This document shows, piece by piece, positions 60,874 to 64,000 of a stretch of 64,000 nucleotides of DNA. Made by a program: the position numbers and the translations under genes. The notes beneath the pieces are model-generated. The model was given only the letters and a program-made list of their open reading frames with translations, did not search any database and was not told where the DNA came from. Within the stretch, counting starts at the first letter, position 1. Every line of letters begins with the position of its first letter. The DNA is from Bythopirellula sp. (lineage in GTDB: Bacteria > Planctomycetota > Planctomycetia > Pirellulales > Lacipirellulaceae): the NCBI GenBank assembly GCA_965216565.1, contig OZ244170.1, positions 4,256,001-4,320,000 on the forward strand, given 5' to 3'.

Positions 60874-61064
60874 ACAAGCTCTGAGGAGCATTCGATTGGG
60901 ATTTCGCACCCGCTGGTCGGAACCGCAGAGCTAGGCTATCATAAGCGGTTTCCGTCCAGACTGCTCCTCCCTCGTGGTAATTCAGCGTGGCAAATTCAAA
61001 AGCCCTTCCGCCCGATAGCCACGCCAGAAAGCCTCTCCACTCGATGCCGTTGCGAGCCTAAGTT

Positions 61065-61520
61065 ATGGACGAAGATCTGCTGCAGAACTTAGAGCAAACC
61101 CTGGCTCGCGAATTGCCGCTCTCTCGAGCGATGGAAATCGAAGTGGTCTGCTGGGATCGGGAGACCCTGGCAATGAAGATGCCTCTGGAACCCAACAAAA
61201 ACCACCAATACTCGGCATTTGCCGGCAGTCTGAATGCGCTATGCACCGTGGTCGGTTGGGGGACCATTTTTCTCTTACTGGCTCGTGAGGGGCTTTCCGG
61301 CAACGTCGTTATAAGACGGGGAAAGATTCGGTATCACCGTCCGGTCATAAGCTCAGAAATCACTGCTCGCGGCCTGCCTGTCGATGCAGAGCAACTCGAC
61401 TACTTTTTCGAGCTGATGCGAGACAAGGGAAAGTCGAAGCTCGATCTCGCAACTCAAATTGTAGATGACGAGGGAATCTTGGTTTCTTTTCAAGGCTCGT
61501 ACGTGGTTCTAGACGCTTAG
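61065..61520 (+). CDS. YiiD C-terminal-like hotdog thioesterase
   Basis: LPLSRAM, PLEPNKNH..SAFAGSL, IRYHRPV. Confidence 0.88.
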   Translation: MDEDLLQNLEQTLARELPLSRAMEIEVVCWDRETLAMKMPLEPNKNHQYSAFAGSLNALCTVVGWGTIFLLLAREGLSGNVVIRRGKIRYHRPVISSEITARGLPVDAEQLDYFFELMRDKGKSKLDLATQIVDDEGILVSFQGSYVVLDA

Positions 61521-61694
61521 ATTTCACCAGCAAAACCTGGCCTCCTTTGCATGCCAAAATGGCACTGCTTGCCAAGTCGCCGGCCTTCACTTGCCACTCT
61601 GACACCTGCCATAATGACAAAGTCGTCTGGAGCGAGTATTTGTAAGTTGTTTGCAGATAGTTATTTACGGGAATTGTTGGAAGTTGTGATTTGA

Positions 61695-61711
61695 TTGGCA
61701 CGCGGAGTGCA
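61695..61711 (+). promoter_or_regulatory. Sigma54 (-24/-12) promoter for hsp20
   Basis: TTGGCACGCGGAGTGCA vs consensus YTGGCACG-N4-TTGCW (one mismatch); repeated candidate activator sites upstream. Confidence 0.7.
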
Positions 61712-61803
61712 TTTTCTCGCTTCGAACAATTGTCAGCCTGCCTAACCGATTTAGTGAGGTGGGTTGTGAGAGAAGAGTTTCCAGGTTTTAGGAGGAACAA
61801 GTT

Positions 61804-62235
61804 ATGACTAATTGCAACTCGAAGAACCGTTTGCAGAACTACTTTCCATCCCAACTTAGTGACGTAGACGCGTTGGTCAGCCAATTTTTTGGTCCCGGAC
61901 TTAAGAGTATTCAACGGGCCTATTTTGCACCGGCTAGCGTGTGGGAAGAGGACGAAGCTTACCACGTGCAGCTCGACGTTCCCGGCGTATCGAAGGAAGA
62001 TGTCGAGATAACATTCGACAAAGGCAAGCTGAGTATTTCCGTAGAACGCGCAACTCCTGAGGAGCGACCAAATCGCCATCATGAGGAGCGAACATACGGC
62101 AAAGCTGTACGAGAAATTGCCCTGTCTTCACAGGTCGATCCGGAGAGCATTTCTGCGGAGCTAACCAACGGCGTTCTGCACGTCACCGTGACGAAAACGC
62201 CTGAGGCTCAGCCAAGACGGATTGAGGTTAATTAG
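61804..62235 (+). CDS. Hsp20/alpha-crystallin small heat-shock protein
   Basis: DVPGVSKEDVEI, ERTYG, AELTNGVLHV; AGGAGG RBS. Confidence 0.94.
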   Translation: MTNCNSKNRLQNYFPSQLSDVDALVSQFFGPGLKSIQRAYFAPASVWEEDEAYHVQLDVPGVSKEDVEITFDKGKLSISVERATPEERPNRHHEERTYGKAVREIALSSQVDPESISAELTNGVLHVTVTKTPEAQPRRIEVN

Positions 62236-62287
62236 TGACAAGGCACTGTGGGCCGATTAGTAATGCCCGAATGTGCCAATTCCCCTG

Positions 62288-62320
62288 AGGGTCGTACCAT
62301 TTGGTGCGGCCCTTTTTTTT
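62288..62320 (+). terminator. Intrinsic terminator after hsp20
   Basis: AGGGTCGTACC-ATTT-GGTGCGGCCCT followed by a T tract. Confidence 0.8.
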
Positions 62321-62339
62321 GTAGACTAAGTTCTCTGCC

Positions 62340-62726
62340 CTACCCTACCAGCCAGCGGCCCAACAGCAAACCGGCGAAAACGGCGGCCAGTCCCAGCACA
62401 AGATTGGCCCCAACATTCAAAGCCGCGACGTTATGCTGCGTCTTCTCAATAAATCGGGCTGTCTCAAAGCCGAACGTTGAAAATGTGGTGAGCGCTCCCA
62501 AGAATCCAATCGTCGCCGCGGAATGGGTGATTGCGTTCCATCTCGGAATATCGGCTGACTCGAAGGGAACGAAGAGTCCCAACAGGAAACAGCCAGCCAC
62601 GTTTACCACCAGCGTGCCGAATGCGAAGTGGTCTCCCAGCCAACGTGCGCAAGCCAGATTCACGCCATAACGACTCACTGCCCCGAGGGCACCACCTACG
62701 GCAATTGCAAGAATATGAGAATTCAT
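62340..62726 (-). CDS. crcB: Fluoride channel FluC/CrcB
   Basis: GGALGAVSRY, GTLVVNVAGCFLLG, GFLGALTTFSTF. Confidence 0.96.
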   Translation of the reverse strand: MNSHILAIAVGGALGAVSRYGVNLACARWLGDHFAFGTLVVNVAGCFLLGLFVPFESADIPRWNAITHSAATIGFLGALTTFSTFGFETARFIEKTQHNVAALNVGANLVLGLAAVFAGLLLGRWLVG

Positions 62727-62957
62727 CGTGCCACTATTGAACTCGATAGCTAGCTGGTCAACAACCAGCAGCGGTATTGTCTGAGGGTCTCACTTAGAAA
62801 ACCCGGTGAATCGAGCGCATCGAGTGCGGTTTGCTCCCTCGGCTTAAACTTTTGGGGGACCTGCTCGTCCAACCCCGTGAGAGTTTCCTAGACACCCTCT
62901 GTACCGTAAATGTTATATTGGCAACGGAGATTCACCACTGAACTGAGAGATAGGCAC

Positions 62958-64000
62958 ATGCGTTGGTCGGTAGGAATTTTAATTTTATGGAGCCTGGTCA
63001 CCGTTGATTCGCGGGTGGTTGCTGAATCAAATCCATCGGCGGTTCCCCATCGCGCCGTTTCTAACTTTTCGTTGCCCGATGTTTATGGTAAGCCTCACGA
63101 ATTGGCCGACTACGCAGAGAACCAACTCATTGTTGTGGCTTTTCTCGGTACCGAGTGCCCCTTGGCCAAACTGTACGGCGGCAGGCTGGCTAAGCTTGCC
63201 GAAGAATTTGAATCGCAGGGCGTCAAATTTCTGGGCGTCAATTCCAATCGCCAAGACTCGCTAACCGAAATTGCAGCCTACGGGCGGCGATACAACATCG
63301 ACTTTCCACTGCTGAAAGATACCAAGGCCGAAGTCGCCGAAAAGTTTGGTGCCACCCGTACCCCGGAAGTCTTTTTGCTCGACTCGTCACGGCAAATCCG
63401 TTATCAGGGTCGCATCGACGATCAGTATGGCGTTGGCTACAGCCGCAACGCTCCCGAGCGCGAAGAATTGCTGGAAGCGATCGAAGCATTGCTCGCGGGA
63501 CGCGCCATCGAGCTGGTGAAGACCGAGGCGGTCGGTTGTTTGCTTGGCAAACCTCGAGAACCGGATGCGGATAGCCCAATCACTTACTCCAACCAGATCT
63601 CTCGGATCTTGCAGAAGCATTGTGTCGAGTGCCATCGCGACGGCGAGATTGGCCCCTTTGCCCTCACCGAATACGACGAGGTCGTTGGTTGGGGAGAGAT
63701 GATCGAAGAGGTGGTCCGTACCCAGCGAATGCCACCCTGGGGTGCTAGCCCAGATCACGGGAAGTTTCTCAATGCACGTGAGATGTCGGACGAAGAGAAG
63801 CAACTTATCTACGATTGGGTGCAGGCCGGGGCTCCTGAAGGCGACCCGCAGGAGTTGCCCGCCCCTCGCGAATTCGTCTCCGGATGGCGACTGCCGCGTG
63901 AGCCCGATCTGGTCGTCCCAATGAGCGAGAAGCCTTTTTCGGTCCCAGCCGAGGGAGTGGTCGAATACCAATACTTTGCCGCCGACCCGGGATTCGAAGA
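62958..64000 (+). CDS. Secreted redoxin-domain protein with cytochrome c motif (runs off the window; absent from the ORF track)
   Basis: Own translation: MRWSVGIL..., VAFLGTECPLAKLY, ATRTPEVF, YQGRIDDQY, heme motif CVECH, MPPW. Confidence 0.88.
   Translation, partial: MRWSVGILILWSLVTVDSRVVAESNPSAVPHRAVSNFSLPDVYGKPHELADYAENQLIVVAFLGTECPLAKLYGGRLAKLAEEFESQGVKFLGVNSNRQDSLTEIAAYGRRYNIDFPLLKDTKAEVAEKFGATRTPEVFLLDSSRQIRYQGRIDDQYGVGYSRNAPEREELLEAIEALLAGRAIELVKTEAVGCLLGKPREPDADSPITYSNQISRILQKHCVECHRDGEIGPFALTEYDEVVGWGEMIEEVVRTQRMPPWGASPDHGKFLNAREMSDEEKQLIYDWVQAGAPEGDPQELPAPREFVSGWRLPREPDLVVPMSEKPFSVPAEGVVEYQYFAADPGFE

Noticed and set aside
61360..62082. 240-aa minus-strand ORF
   Set aside because: Overlaps two well-supported + strand genes and the promoter between them; no motif.
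62727..62957. Fluoride riboswitch upstream of crcB
   Set aside because: No GGCGATGG..TTCGCC...GCTGATGAC pattern found on the minus strand; the loosely similar GGCAACGGAGATTCACC is on the wrong strand.
63004..63971. Short ORF-track entries near the right edge
   Set aside because: Explained by the long open frame from 62958 that runs off the window.

Overview
Bacterial chromosomal window, most likely a planctomycete (Pirellulales/Lacipirellulaceae-like). This is inferred from a DUF1559 prepilin-like gene, PEP-CTERM/dockerin proteins, a Tat-exported Gfo/Idh/MocA enzyme, a class II photolyase and a Cys-rich repeat protein. The first ~12 kb looks lower in GC and resembles the right end of an integrative island: GH92 mannosidase end, orphan sugar-binding protein, RND pump pair, DUF4230-like gene, then unknown 514-aa protein + excisionase-like HTH + intact tyrosine integrase + a perfect 22-bp palindrome. 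The rest is mostly core genome: YyaL, larC, rimI, pfkA, rsmE, phrB, cysH-Rrf2, cysD-cysNC, FKBP, Hsp20, crcB, plus a small VapBC/Mrr-like islet inside the sulfate-assimilation region. No tRNA, rRNA or CRISPR array was seen. Best leads: (1) a secreted Cys-capped protein whose two repeat arms are mirror-matched in length (188 vs 189 aa), suggesting a giant beta-hairpin fibre; (2) a pseudo-receiver + KaiA-C-terminal-like protein with no kaiBC nearby; (3) a stand-alone secretin-C-terminus-like protein near an ExeA ATPase; (4) the three-gene integrase module; (5) several families of small palindromic or heptamer repeats, one inserted in frame in an ATP-grasp gene. All family calls are motif recognition from memory; no database searches were run.
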